A stretch of DNA of 64,000 nucleotides, taken from positions 1 to 64,000 of the IMG/VR virus record IMGVR_UViG_3300025151_000018; one strand, given 5' to 3'. Shown here piece by piece: positions 18,909 through 28,418 of this stretch (position 1 is its first letter; each line of letters begins with the position of its first letter). The translations under genes and the position numbers were made by a program. The notes beneath the pieces are model-generated. The model searched no databases and had not been told where the DNA came from. It saw only the letters and a list, made by a program, of their open reading frames with translations. This DNA comes from a virus.

Positions 18909-19699
18909 TGACTAAGATGAGCGTAAATCAAGGTCTATTCCTAAACTTCCTTAGAGGCTTCGCAGGTATGGAGGATATTGTCATTACAGTATCAGAAGAA
19001 GGCTATCGTGCATCAGGCACTATGGAACGATCATACTATGTTGAAAAGTGGGTTGAATACAGAGATGGTGAATCTTGTGATGAAGCAGGTAGTATTACTA
19101 TCGGTCAATTAGAATTGTTCAAAGCACTTGTAGCAAGTTGTGGCACAGGCATTATGTCTATTTCACAAGATTATGATACTATCCGTGTCCGTAGCGAAGA
19201 AGCCGACTTTACCATTCCGACAATAGCGGAGGCTAACTCTCAACAGGGTGTTGAAGTTGTAGCCGATATGGTAAAACTGTCAAGTGCTGACAATTGGGAT
19301 AAGTTTGGCGAAGCCGACATTCAATTCAATTCAACCTATGAAGCGGATAAGTTTCAGCAATTGAAGAATGCAGGTAAAGCAATCCAAACAGGTGCATTGT
19401 ATTCCGTTGAAATACAACAGGACAATACATTGTTGCTAACTGTTGTTCGTGATCAGATACGCTTCTCGGTGGATTTAGATGCCGATGAATTTTCAGTCTT
19501 TGAAGCAGGGGAGAATGTAATCCTCTGGTTCGGAAAGTGGCTTATGGATGCTCTCAAGGCTATGCCGGGTAAGGGAACAGTCCGTGTGCTTGGTGGTGCT
19601 GATGCACCATTGATAATCAAGCATGAAGCCCCAGACAATGAAGCATGGGGAACACTATGCGTCATTGCACCCCGGCAAGAGTCGGGGGATAATGCGTGA
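18905..19699 (+). CDS. pcn: DNA polymerase sliding clamp (PCNA-like)
   Basis: 264 aa, acidic; C-terminal DAPLII...CVIAPR typical of PCNA; between recombinase and PolB. Confidence 0.75.
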   Translation: MMTKMSVNQGLFLNFLRGFAGMEDIVITVSEEGYRASGTMERSYYVEKWVEYRDGESCDEAGSITIGQLELFKALVASCGTGIMSISQDYDTIRVRSEEADFTIPTIAEANSQQGVEVVADMVKLSSADNWDKFGEADIQFNSTYEADKFQQLKNAGKAIQTGALYSVEIQQDNTLLLTVVRDQIRFSVDLDADEFSVFEAGENVILWFGKWLMDALKAMPGKGTVRVLGGADAPLIIKHEAPDNEAWGTLCVIAPRQESGDNA

Positions 19700-22044
19700 T
19701 TATTGAGGCACTTGAACAAGATACATCAATGGATATTTTTCTCCGCTTTCGTGATGAAACGGGGAATGTGATGGAGAAAATTGTTGAGAAGGTTGAACCG
19801 TATTTCTATGTCCGTATGGAGGACATTGATGACATATTGCAGAGGTTTGAAACATCAGGATTGCAATATGGAGTTGGTTATGAAACAGGTGGCTATTGGG
19901 CTTTCAATCCCGATGACCCTGAAAACCCTATTGAATTGATGATGATTACTTGCAGTAAAACTTCTGATGTTAGAAGGCTGCGAGATTTGGCTATGGAATC
20001 ATGGGAGGCTGATGTTGATTTCAAGGACAGGTATCTTATTGACAATGTTCCCTTAGAAGATATGCCAAATTGGTATGACTACATGGTTAGAGCAGGTGGC
20101 TTCGATCTTGAATGGAATAGAGATGAAGAAATAACTGCTATGGGTTTCACCACAAATGGTGAACAAGTCCATCAATGGGCTTGGCATCCTAATTTACCAC
20201 AAATCAATCGGTCATGGATTCAACCATATTGCTTCTTCTTTGAAAATGAAAAAGAAATGCTCATTCATTTTGCTGATTACTTCTCGGACTTAGATCCAGA
20301 CATCATCACAACATGGGCGGGTAATCGTGCTGATTGGCCTATGATATACAAGCGATACAGGTTTCATGAATTAGATTTGGATTGGTTATCTTCAATACCT
20401 AACAGACAATCTGGTATGACTCCACCAATGAAGCCATTACCGAGAGATGGTTCATATCAAGAAGGCACACAAGTTGTGTTAGGTCGCTTAACATTAGATT
20501 TGGCTGACAGGAATCATGGCTTTGAGCGTGTATGGAAAGATAGTGGCAACGGTCAATTAGGAGATAGAAGATTGGGTTCTGTTGCTAAAGAAGCATTCCC
20601 CGATAATCCCGAATGGTGGAAAGTGGATTTTGAGAATGACCCAGAGTTAGAAGGTAAATGCGATAACCACCACGATCTATGGCTACACCACTTCAACAAA
20701 TTCCTTCAATACCATAGGGGAGATGTGCTACTAACAGATAGGTTAGACCGAGCATATCATGTTGGGAGATTCTTTAGTGCTTTACAGGCGGTTTGTGGCG
20801 TATCATACAAATCTGTATTTACAGTTAGTAAATTCGCCAGAGGTCAATTGCGAAGGCGAGCCAAATACAAAGCCCCATCAGCAAATTACAATTTACAGAA
20901 GCAAGGCTATCCCGGTGGCTTTGTATCAAAACCAAAAGGTGGTCGGCATCACAATGTAGCGGTTCTTGATTACAGAGCCATGTATGCTGAAATACAGAGG
21001 GGAGGAAATATCAGTCCTGAAACAAGAAGGAATGCACCGGGCAAAGACATCAAGCAATTACCCAACGGAACATATTGGTATCAAGGTAAAGTCGGCATAT
21101 TGCCACAGTTGCAAATGGATTTAGCCGATGCTCGCAATAAAGCGAAGGCGGAGATGAAGAAGCATGAGGCAAGTAGCAACGAGTATGCAGGTTTCAATGC
21201 TTTGCAGTTGGCGTATAAGAGAGCAGCAGCGAGTTGCTATGGTCTGATGGGTATGGAGGGCAACGGTGAATCCGATATGGTAGTTGCATCAACAATCACA
21301 TTCATGGGGCGTAGCCTTGTTGAGAGGTTAATGGAAATATGCGGTGAAATGGGTTATGAGCCACTTGCGGGTCATACGGATAGCGCATACATCGGCATAG
21401 GCGATGCTGACGGTGATAAAATTGCTAAGGAATTAACCAAGCGCATACAAGAGGAATATGACTCTGATCGGTTCGTTGTTGAGTTTGAGAAACTAATGAG
21501 GTCATGGGTCGCAGCGAATGATAAGAAGAATAGAAACTTCGGTTGGTGCATACACCCAAAAGAAGGATTACATTGCACAGGTTTTGAATTGAAGAAAAGT
21601 AATGCAGCATCCATCACAAAGCGTGTGCAAGAAGAAGCATTCATTTCATTGTGTCGTGATGATGGCGACAGAAAAGCGATTGATGATATTGTATTCGGTG
21701 CTATTGATGAAGTGAAGAATGGCAACATTAGCGTTGATGAAATCACAATGTGGGGCAGGTTAAGTAAAGATCCAGAGAAGTATGGTAATGGAAACTTCTG
21801 GGGTGCAGCAGCCAAATACAACAAAAGGAATGATAACAAATTCAAATCGGGTGATAGCGTTCCTCACATTTACACCACAAAAGGCATAGAAGCATATCAA
21901 ACAGATGAAGATGCTAAGAAATTGCGAGTTGATTGGACTACTGTTATATCTAATCAAATTATAGCCCCTGTTGCGCTCATTTACGATGCAATGGGATGGT
22001 CGCAACCAGACGCATCGGGGGCGAGAGCCAAGCCATTATTTTAG
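19696..22044 (+). CDS. polB: Family B DNA polymerase
   Basis: ExoI FDLE, ExoII WAGNRADW, ExoIII YHRGD; polymerase motifs DYRAMY, KRAAASCYG, GHTDS. Confidence 0.95.
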   Translation: MIIEALEQDTSMDIFLRFRDETGNVMEKIVEKVEPYFYVRMEDIDDILQRFETSGLQYGVGYETGGYWAFNPDDPENPIELMMITCSKTSDVRRLRDLAMESWEADVDFKDRYLIDNVPLEDMPNWYDYMVRAGGFDLEWNRDEEITAMGFTTNGEQVHQWAWHPNLPQINRSWIQPYCFFFENEKEMLIHFADYFSDLDPDIITTWAGNRADWPMIYKRYRFHELDLDWLSSIPNRQSGMTPPMKPLPRDGSYQEGTQVVLGRLTLDLADRNHGFERVWKDSGNGQLGDRRLGSVAKEAFPDNPEWWKVDFENDPELEGKCDNHHDLWLHHFNKFLQYHRGDVLLTDRLDRAYHVGRFFSALQAVCGVSYKSVFTVSKFARGQLRRRAKYKAPSANYNLQKQGYPGGFVSKPKGGRHHNVAVLDYRAMYAEIQRGGNISPETRRNAPGKDIKQLPNGTYWYQGKVGILPQLQMDLADARNKAKAEMKKHEASSNEYAGFNALQLAYKRAAASCYGLMGMEGNGESDMVVASTITFMGRSLVERLMEICGEMGYEPLAGHTDSAYIGIGDADGDKIAKELTKRIQEEYDSDRFVVEFEKLMRSWVAANDKKNRNFGWCIHPKEGLHCTGFELKKSNAASITKRVQEEAFISLCRDDGDRKAIDDIVFGAIDEVKNGNISVDEITMWGRLSKDPEKYGNGNFWGAAAKYNKRNDNKFKSGDSVPHIYTTKGIEAYQTDEDAKKLRVDWTTVISNQIIAPVALIYDAMGWSQPDASGARAKPLF

Positions 22045-22052
22045 GTGATATT

Positions 22053-22991
22053 ATGATTACACACAAGCCTCCGAAAGCATATCCAATACCAAACCATGAG
22101 GGTCTATTCTCATGTTATGATTGGCATCCAGACATGGCTGACAATATACTACCCAGAATGAGCAAATCATCTGTTATGTCGGACTTCGGCTTCTGTCAGC
22201 AACAGTATGGAATCAAGAGAATCATTGGTATGAAAGAGCCACAGAACGATGCTATGATTAGAGGAACGAATGTTCACGACTCGCTTGAGTATTTCTATGA
22301 TAATGTGGATATTGAGAAGGCTTCTGATATGGATCAAGAACAGTTGCGGATTTACTTCAAGAGTTGCTTTGGCAAACCAGAAAACGCAAGAGAGCCACAG
22401 GAAATGTGGCATTTAGATGAGGACTTGCATATTGACAGGTTATGTGAAGCAGAGGTTCAGCGTTTCATGGTATGCGACCCACAATACTTCTTGCCAACGG
22501 GCAACGAGTTAGAAGTGGATTTGGTTCACGAGATAGAAGTGGATGGCATACCACAAAAGATACATTTCAACGGATTTATTGACAGAGTATTCACTAATCC
22601 TGATGGGTCGCTTCATATCCATGAATTGAAAACAGGTAAATGGCTCAAGAATGGTAAAGTCAGCAAAATCAAAGAGGAAACTATGCGAAAGGAAATGGCG
22701 TTCTATGTTTGGCTTCTAAACAAGACCGACCCATCATTGAGGATTACTCATTGGGGTTGGGATCATACAGGTGGTGATGAGATATTCCGCCATGTTGAAC
22801 CATGCAGGGTTGAAGAAATCCAGAAGATGATTGCACAAATGCAAGACTGTGTTAGAAAGCATAGGAAATACAAGGGAGATGGCGACCTTTCACCGTTCAA
22901 CCTGTTAAATCCGGGCGCACAGTTTAGGATATGCGATCCTTGGTGTGCGGTCAAAGAGTTTTGTCCGAGATATGCGGAGGCTGAAATATGA
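22053..22991 (+). CDS. Cas4-like PD-(D/E)xK exonuclease with Fe-S cysteines
   Basis: FCQQQY, RGTNVH, GFIDRV...IHELKTGK, CDPWCAVKEFCP. Confidence 0.85.
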   Translation: MITHKPPKAYPIPNHEGLFSCYDWHPDMADNILPRMSKSSVMSDFGFCQQQYGIKRIIGMKEPQNDAMIRGTNVHDSLEYFYDNVDIEKASDMDQEQLRIYFKSCFGKPENAREPQEMWHLDEDLHIDRLCEAEVQRFMVCDPQYFLPTGNELEVDLVHEIEVDGIPQKIHFNGFIDRVFTNPDGSLHIHELKTGKWLKNGKVSKIKEETMRKEMAFYVWLLNKTDPSLRITHWGWDHTGGDEIFRHVEPCRVEEIQKMIAQMQDCVRKHRKYKGDGDLSPFNLLNPGAQFRICDPWCAVKEFCPRYAEAEI

Positions 22992-24301
22992 AGGATTTGC
23001 AGGTTTTGATTGGAGATTGTAAGGAAACGCTAAGGCAGTTGCCAGACAAAAGCGTTCACACTTGTATAACATCACCACCGTATTACGGATTAAGGGATTA
23101 CGGAACGGCTGAATGGGAGGGTGGAGATCCTGATTGCGAGCATTCAATCAGCCACTTTACAGACCCAAAGAAGCCAAATGTGGATAGGCCATCACGAAAG
23201 CCAGAGGATAGGAAGGTTTGCAACAAGTGTGGTGCTATCAGAACCGACAGTCAAATTGGTTTAGAAGATACCCCAGAGGAATTTATTGAAAACTTAGTTG
23301 AAGTATTCCGAGAGGTTAAGCGTGTATTGCGTGATGATGGCACACTATGGTTGAATTTAGGCGATACCTATTGGGGCGGTAAAGGCGCAAGCGGTCAAAT
23401 ATCAGCCGATAAGCAAGAAGCCAGAACAAATACAATAAGCACAAAGCATTCTCATGTCGGTGGTTCTAAACAAACAAGGCCGACAGATAGGACACACGGT
23501 ATCATCAAACCGAAGGATTTGATTGGCATACCTTGGATGGTTGCCCTTGCACTAAGGGCTGATGGTTGGTATTTGCGACAGGATATAATCTGGCAAAAAC
23601 CAAACCCCATGCCTGAATCTGTTAAAGATAGATGCACAAAGGCACATGAATACATTTTCTTACTATCCAAATCTAAGAAATACTACTACGATCATGAAGC
23701 AGTAAAACAGAGGACACAAGATACGGTTCAAGGTAAAAGAGGTCAAACGACATTCAGAAACAAAACCGAATCTATGCTAAAAGACAGGACTTGGGAACAT
23801 CATTACTCCGTATTTGGGAAACGCAATAGGCATTCAGTATGGAAAGTGCCTGTTAGACCGTTTAAGGAGGCACACTTTGCAGTATATCCACCAGAATTGA
23901 TTGAGCCTTGCATACTCGCTGGAACATCAGCAAAGGGTTGTTGTTCCGAATGTGGAGAACCATATAAGAGGTTGATTGAAACTAAGCGACCACCGACAAG
24001 ACAGGTAAATGCAAGGGATGTTCCCGGTCAAGAAAGGCATGGTTCTCTCGGTGTTGAAAGATTTGACGAGCCTATCAAGACTACAACAATTGGTTGGGAA
24101 TTAAGTTGTGATTGTAATGCTGATATTGTGCCATGCACAGTTTTAGATCCGTTTGGTGGCTCTGGAACAACCGCAGCAGTTGCACTAAAACACCAGCGAC
24201 AAGCGATATTGTGTGAGTTAAATGAAGATTATGTTGATATTCAACCATTAAGAATTGAAAAGATTAGTGGCAGAGTTGAGGGGCAACAGACATTGTTTTG
24301 A
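22988..24301 (+). CDS. Beta-class N4-C/N6-A DNA methyltransferase
   Basis: TSPPY, HFAVYP, DPFGGSGTT; Cys-rich inserts; ends QQTLF. Confidence 0.93.
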   Translation: MKDLQVLIGDCKETLRQLPDKSVHTCITSPPYYGLRDYGTAEWEGGDPDCEHSISHFTDPKKPNVDRPSRKPEDRKVCNKCGAIRTDSQIGLEDTPEEFIENLVEVFREVKRVLRDDGTLWLNLGDTYWGGKGASGQISADKQEARTNTISTKHSHVGGSKQTRPTDRTHGIIKPKDLIGIPWMVALALRADGWYLRQDIIWQKPNPMPESVKDRCTKAHEYIFLLSKSKKYYYDHEAVKQRTQDTVQGKRGQTTFRNKTESMLKDRTWEHHYSVFGKRNRHSVWKVPVRPFKEAHFAVYPPELIEPCILAGTSAKGCCSECGEPYKRLIETKRPPTRQVNARDVPGQERHGSLGVERFDEPIKTTTIGWELSCDCNADIVPCTVLDPFGGSGTTAAVALKHQRQAILCELNEDYVDIQPLRIEKISGRVEGQQTLF

Positions 24302-24310
24302 GGGGTAATT

Positions 24311-24553
24311 ATGGCGAGAGAATTTGCAGACGATGTGTATAACCCACAATTCTCCTATGATAGATCATGGGCGAGTATTGAGGATATGCTTGAAAAAGCC
24401 GAGAGAAAACAGAATAAACATTACATGGCTATGCAGGGTTGTAAAAAGAGCGAGCGTATGTTTCACATGAGAAACTACAAGGCTCTTGAGGGCGTTGTCA
24501 AGTCATTGAGATGGGTGCTTGGAGATAAAGACATAGAACATCCGTTGGAGTAG
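24311..24553 (+). CDS. Hypothetical helical protein
   Basis: 80-aa ORF with RBS. Confidence 0.65.
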   Translation: MAREFADDVYNPQFSYDRSWASIEDMLEKAERKQNKHYMAMQGCKKSERMFHMRNYKALEGVVKSLRWVLGDKDIEHPLE

Positions 24554-24560
24554 TGATAGA

Positions 24561-25715
24561 ATGACATACGAATTGATACATGGCGATTGCATCAAGGTTC
24601 TCCGTGAAATGGAGGACAATAGTGTTGATGCAGTTGCCAGCGACCCTCCGTATGGCATTGAGTTTATGGCTAAGAAATGGGATTATGATGTGCCTTCTGT
24701 TGAAATGTGGAAAGAATGCTTTAGGGTATTAAAGCCCGGAGGCTATTTACTATCCTTTGCGGGTTCACGCACATATCACCGTATGGCGGTGAACATTGAA
24801 GATGCAGGGTTTGAAATCCGTGATCAGATAATGTGGATTTACGGGTCTGGTTTTCCGAAAAGCCTCAATCTCAAAGATGATTGGGAGGGTTGGGGAACGG
24901 CTCTTAAACCAGCGCACGAGCCTATTGTAGTCGCTCGCAAGCCCTTCAAGGGAACAGTAGCCGAGAATGTGCTTGAGCATGGAACAGGGGCTTTGAACAT
25001 TGACGGTTGCAGAGTTGGTAATTTGGTTCAAGATACTTCAAGGAACGGGCGTAGTAAAGAAGTCCATGCTACTACTGTGTTTCAGGCTCGTTTGGGTGAA
25101 GAAGTTGATGGCAAAATTACAGTTGGTCGCTGGCCTTCTAACATTATTTTTGATGAAGAAGCGGGTGCTATGCTTGACGAACAAAGTGGAACGAGCAAAT
25201 CAACCGTTAGGCCACCAACAGGTAAAGGAATACTTGACCCAGATAAAGGTTGGAATAACAATTCAATGACAGACAAAACCATACGGGGCTTCAACGATTC
25301 TGGGGGCGCATCACGATTCTTTTACTGTGCTAAAGCGAGCAAACAGGAGAGAGATTTGGGCTTAGAATCATTTGAAGATGGCAAATCAAGAAAGTGGCGT
25401 GATGATAAGGGTATGAAATATACAGGTAGCGGTAATTTACGAGATGAAACAGGGAAAAACATACACCCAACAGTCAAGCCTGTTGCCTTGATGAAATACC
25501 TATGCCGACTCATCACACCACCTAACGGTGTTGTCCTTGACCCATTCATGGGATCTGGCACAACGGGCATAGCAGCAGCCACAGAAGGTTTCAATTTTAT
25601 TGGTATAGAGCGTGAAGAAGAATACATTGAGATTGCTCGCCATAGAATAGCACATTGGGTTGAAGAAAAAGAAGAAGTCCTTAGAGAAAAGAGAAGGCAA
25701 ACTACACTATTTTGA
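24561..25715 (+). CDS. Beta-class N6-A/N4-C DNA methyltransferase
   Basis: SDPPY, HPTVKP, DPFMGSGTT; ends QTTLF. Confidence 0.93.
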   Translation: MTYELIHGDCIKVLREMEDNSVDAVASDPPYGIEFMAKKWDYDVPSVEMWKECFRVLKPGGYLLSFAGSRTYHRMAVNIEDAGFEIRDQIMWIYGSGFPKSLNLKDDWEGWGTALKPAHEPIVVARKPFKGTVAENVLEHGTGALNIDGCRVGNLVQDTSRNGRSKEVHATTVFQARLGEEVDGKITVGRWPSNIIFDEEAGAMLDEQSGTSKSTVRPPTGKGILDPDKGWNNNSMTDKTIRGFNDSGGASRFFYCAKASKQERDLGLESFEDGKSRKWRDDKGMKYTGSGNLRDETGKNIHPTVKPVALMKYLCRLITPPNGVVLDPFMGSGTTGIAAATEGFNFIGIEREEEYIEIARHRIAHWVEEKEEVLREKRRQTTLF

Positions 25716-25724
25716 GGCGATAAC

Positions 25725-26789
25725 ATGACGGCACACATCTTTAGGCATTTTCCCAGAGAAGTGGATATGCGTAAGCGTAAGGTGGTGCATTCAATGGAGG
25801 AATTGCAGCAGTATGTTTCCGCTACCAATGGCGGTGATAATCTAACTACTACTGTGTATGGGTTTAGAGATCTCAAGCCAAGCGGTCATAGAGGCGAATA
25901 CAATACCGCAATCATACCGCACTTTGTCATAGACATGGATTATGAGAGGGCTATGTCAAACCGCACAATGGAGGAAGCGGGAGAAAGAACCCTCCATGAA
26001 GTGAACATGGTTCATCAGCATTTGTTGTCAAACGATTGGAAACACGCCATGTTCTTTACAGGTGGCGGGGTGCATATCTGGGTCAATCTTGACAGGACAT
26101 ACTACCCTGTTGGTTCAGAGATGTCCGACATATTGGTTGCGGGTCGCAAGATGATAACCAAGTGGGTCAAACAATGGGATTTGACTACATTAGACCCCGT
26201 TGTGTCGTTTAGACCAGACAGGCACATTCGCATTCCTAACACATTCAATTTCAAGCGTGGGCTATGGGGTATGCCTCTATCCACAGAGGACTTGACAGGC
26301 GGTTGGAAAACCATCATCAAGAGGGCTAATCACCCACATGGAGGCATGAAGATATATGGGTCAAACGGGCTTGAGATGGAGGTATTGAAGCGTGATCCGA
26401 GCAAGCCGTTTGAAGCAGAGGAAATAGACTTGAAGATGGAAAAGGTTGGCTCTATCTCTGTTTTACCATGTCTTGCTAACGCAGCCTGTGAAGTGGGTGG
26501 CAACCCACCGCATGAGGCTCGTGTGTATCTAACAATGTATCTTCAAGATAGGCTACGGTCATTCGCAAGACCGCCATCATCTTCATCGGTATCTAAAGAT
26601 AGTATCAAGAAATCAATTATTGCATTCATTAGAGATTTGAATTGGTCTGATTTTAATGACGAAACCACCACAAATCAAGTCAATCATGCAGTTGATAGGC
26701 AATACCTATCACCGTCATGTCGGACTCTTTATGAGAAGGGTTATTGTCTGGGGAAATGTCCTATGTATGATGGAAGCGGGGGTGTCTAA
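25725..26789 (+). CDS. Archaeo-eukaryotic primase, PriS catalytic domain fused to PriL C-terminal Fe-S domain
   Basis: IDMD, FTGGGVH, RHIRIPNT; LPCL...PPHEAR...SPSC...GYCLGKC. Confidence 0.88.
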   Translation: MTAHIFRHFPREVDMRKRKVVHSMEELQQYVSATNGGDNLTTTVYGFRDLKPSGHRGEYNTAIIPHFVIDMDYERAMSNRTMEEAGERTLHEVNMVHQHLLSNDWKHAMFFTGGGVHIWVNLDRTYYPVGSEMSDILVAGRKMITKWVKQWDLTTLDPVVSFRPDRHIRIPNTFNFKRGLWGMPLSTEDLTGGWKTIIKRANHPHGGMKIYGSNGLEMEVLKRDPSKPFEAEEIDLKMEKVGSISVLPCLANAACEVGGNPPHEARVYLTMYLQDRLRSFARPPSSSSVSKDSIKKSIIAFIRDLNWSDFNDETTTNQVNHAVDRQYLSPSCRTLYEKGYCLGKCPMYDGSGGV

Positions 26790-26796
26790 TTATGAG

Positions 26797-26875
26797 TAAA
26801 AAATCCAATTGGAAAATCAATTTTTCAATTGAAAAAATCATTGTCAATGGAAATGAAAATCCAATTGAAAAAACA
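26797..26875. repeat. AT-rich array of CAATTG-centred palindromes (candidate replication origin)
   Basis: TCCAATTGGA 26804-26813; TTTTTCAATTGAAAAA 26821-26836; CATTGtCAATG 26839-26849; CCAATTGAAAAAA 26861-26873. Confidence 0.6.
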
Positions 26876-26886
26876 CAGGTGATAAA

Positions 26887-27006
26887 ATGCGATTGACTAT
26901 AACTTTTTGCCAGAAGAAGGGGTGTAATAACATCATTAGATCAGGATTTAGATTTTGCCACAAGGCTAATTGTGGCAAGACAGAAGAAGTATCGGAGGAA
27001 GAATAG
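26887..27006 (+). CDS. Cys-rich microprotein, 39 aa
   Basis: MRLTITFCQKKGCNN...FCHKANCG; AGGTGA RBS. Confidence 0.55.
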   Translation: MRLTITFCQKKGCNNIIRSGFRFCHKANCGKTEEVSEEE

Positions 27007-27324
27007 ATGACAGATGAATTAGAGAAAATAAGGGCAGAGAAATTAGCAGCGTTGGGTCAAAAGATTAACGATGTTGAGAAGGACTTTGAAGATATACAGG
27101 CGTTGAAGAATGAATTTACATGGGCTGACTTTGGCTATGACGAACCCGAATGGGGCGTTAGAGAAAGTCAAGATGTTCCTAACGCATTTGAAGTATGTCA
27201 AAAGCGACAGGTGGTTGCATTGACACAATCCCTTGAATGGGGTATGTTGGTGTCTGATCTGCTTAACAGGGCTAAACTTGAGGAATTGATTATGACAAGG
27301 GGGGCTAACAATGACGAAAACTGA
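27007..27324 (+). CDS. Hypothetical protein
   Basis: ORF with GGAGG RBS. Confidence 0.7.
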   Translation: MTDELEKIRAEKLAALGQKINDVEKDFEDIQALKNEFTWADFGYDEPEWGVRESQDVPNAFEVCQKRQVVALTQSLEWGMLVSDLLNRAKLEELIMTRGANNDEN

Positions 27325-27676
27325 ACCAGATACATGGGTATTCACTTGTCCTGACGGCAACGAGTATCATGTTGGCGACATCATACCTATGCACAGAGCA
27401 GCCGAAGGTATCATCTTCGGTGAAGAAGTTGTTAGAATAGCCTGTCCGGGTTTTCCCGGTGCTACCGTAATCAATGAAATTACAGGTGAGAGTATAGAAA
27501 TACCTGCCATACCCCCAAGTAAAGATTGCTTCTTTGTTGGCCCTGAATCACAGGGTTGGCGTTGGCAGTATGCAAGAAGTGCAATCATGCACCACAAAGC
27601 GCATGAGGCATTTGAACAGAAGCAGTTGTTGAAGGCTCTGGGTAATTTAGATGAGGAAGGTGTGCAAGATGAATAA
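27311..27676 (+). CDS. Hypothetical protein
   Basis: Overlap-coupled ORF. Confidence 0.65.
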   Translation: MTKTEPDTWVFTCPDGNEYHVGDIIPMHRAAEGIIFGEEVVRIACPGFPGATVINEITGESIEIPAIPPSKDCFFVGPESQGWRWQYARSAIMHHKAHEAFEQKQLLKALGNLDEEGVQDE

Positions 27677-28373
27677 GATTCTATTTATTGATAACAGAGA
27701 ACGGTCTGGTCTTGAGGCTTTGGTGAAGAAACACGCAGAAAAGGCTAAGATTGAATGGGAAACCAAACAGAACCTAATCACAGACTATTGCTACGGTCAG
27801 GTTGCTATTGAAGCAAAGACCATGCAAGATTACTTTCAATCACTACAAAGCGGTCATTTACAATCACAATTAGAGAACATGGATGATAACTTCAACCATG
27901 TAATCTTGGTTATTCACGGAACAATAGACAAGTATGTGCGTCAAATGCGAAAGCGGGGTAATAGGACACCATACTCAAGGATTGAAGCCATGTTCATCGG
28001 CTCGTTAGCCAGATTTGATGTGGACTTTGACATTACTATCATGCACTTTGATACTACTTCGGCAGCAGCCCGATGGATTGTCAAGCGTTGTGAGAAAGAC
28101 GGCACACTTGGTAGCGCATCAACCTTTAGGCGCATGAGGCGAACCACAAGCGAAGATCTAAGAATTGATGGTCTAAGGGCTATGGGTTGCAGCGAGGCTA
28201 TTGCTAAGAAACTGATTGCTGAATTTGGCTCTCTTATGGAGATAGGTTCGGCTTCTGTCAAGGAATTGATGAAGATAGAAGGCGTTGGTAAAATAAGAGC
28301 GAAGGCAATCACAGAGGCACTAAATAGTGAGAGTCCTGTGATAAAGGAGAAGGTAAAGATCACATCAGCATAA
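27669..28373 (+). CDS. ERCC4/XPF (Hef-like) structure-specific nuclease with HhH tail
   Basis: IDNRE, TDY, IEAKTMQDY, KIEGVGKIRA. Confidence 0.88.
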   Translation: MNKILFIDNRERSGLEALVKKHAEKAKIEWETKQNLITDYCYGQVAIEAKTMQDYFQSLQSGHLQSQLENMDDNFNHVILVIHGTIDKYVRQMRKRGNRTPYSRIEAMFIGSLARFDVDFDITIMHFDTTSAAARWIVKRCEKDGTLGSASTFRRMRRTTSEDLRIDGLRAMGCSEAIAKKLIAEFGSLMEIGSASVKELMKIEGVGKIRAKAITEALNSESPVIKEKVKITSA

Positions 28374-28418
28374 ATGCTTATGTAAAGGAATATGTTGGGT
28401 AAAAATCCGAGGGGTGAA

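Noticed and set aside
22053-22991. Cas4-like gene as a sign of CRISPR-Cas
   Set aside because: No repeat-spacer array or other cas genes seen; solo Cas4-like nucleases are common in viral replication modules
26792-26896. 34-aa ORF MSKKSNWKINF...
   Set aside because: Low-complexity translation of the palindromic AT-rich array; not supported as a protein
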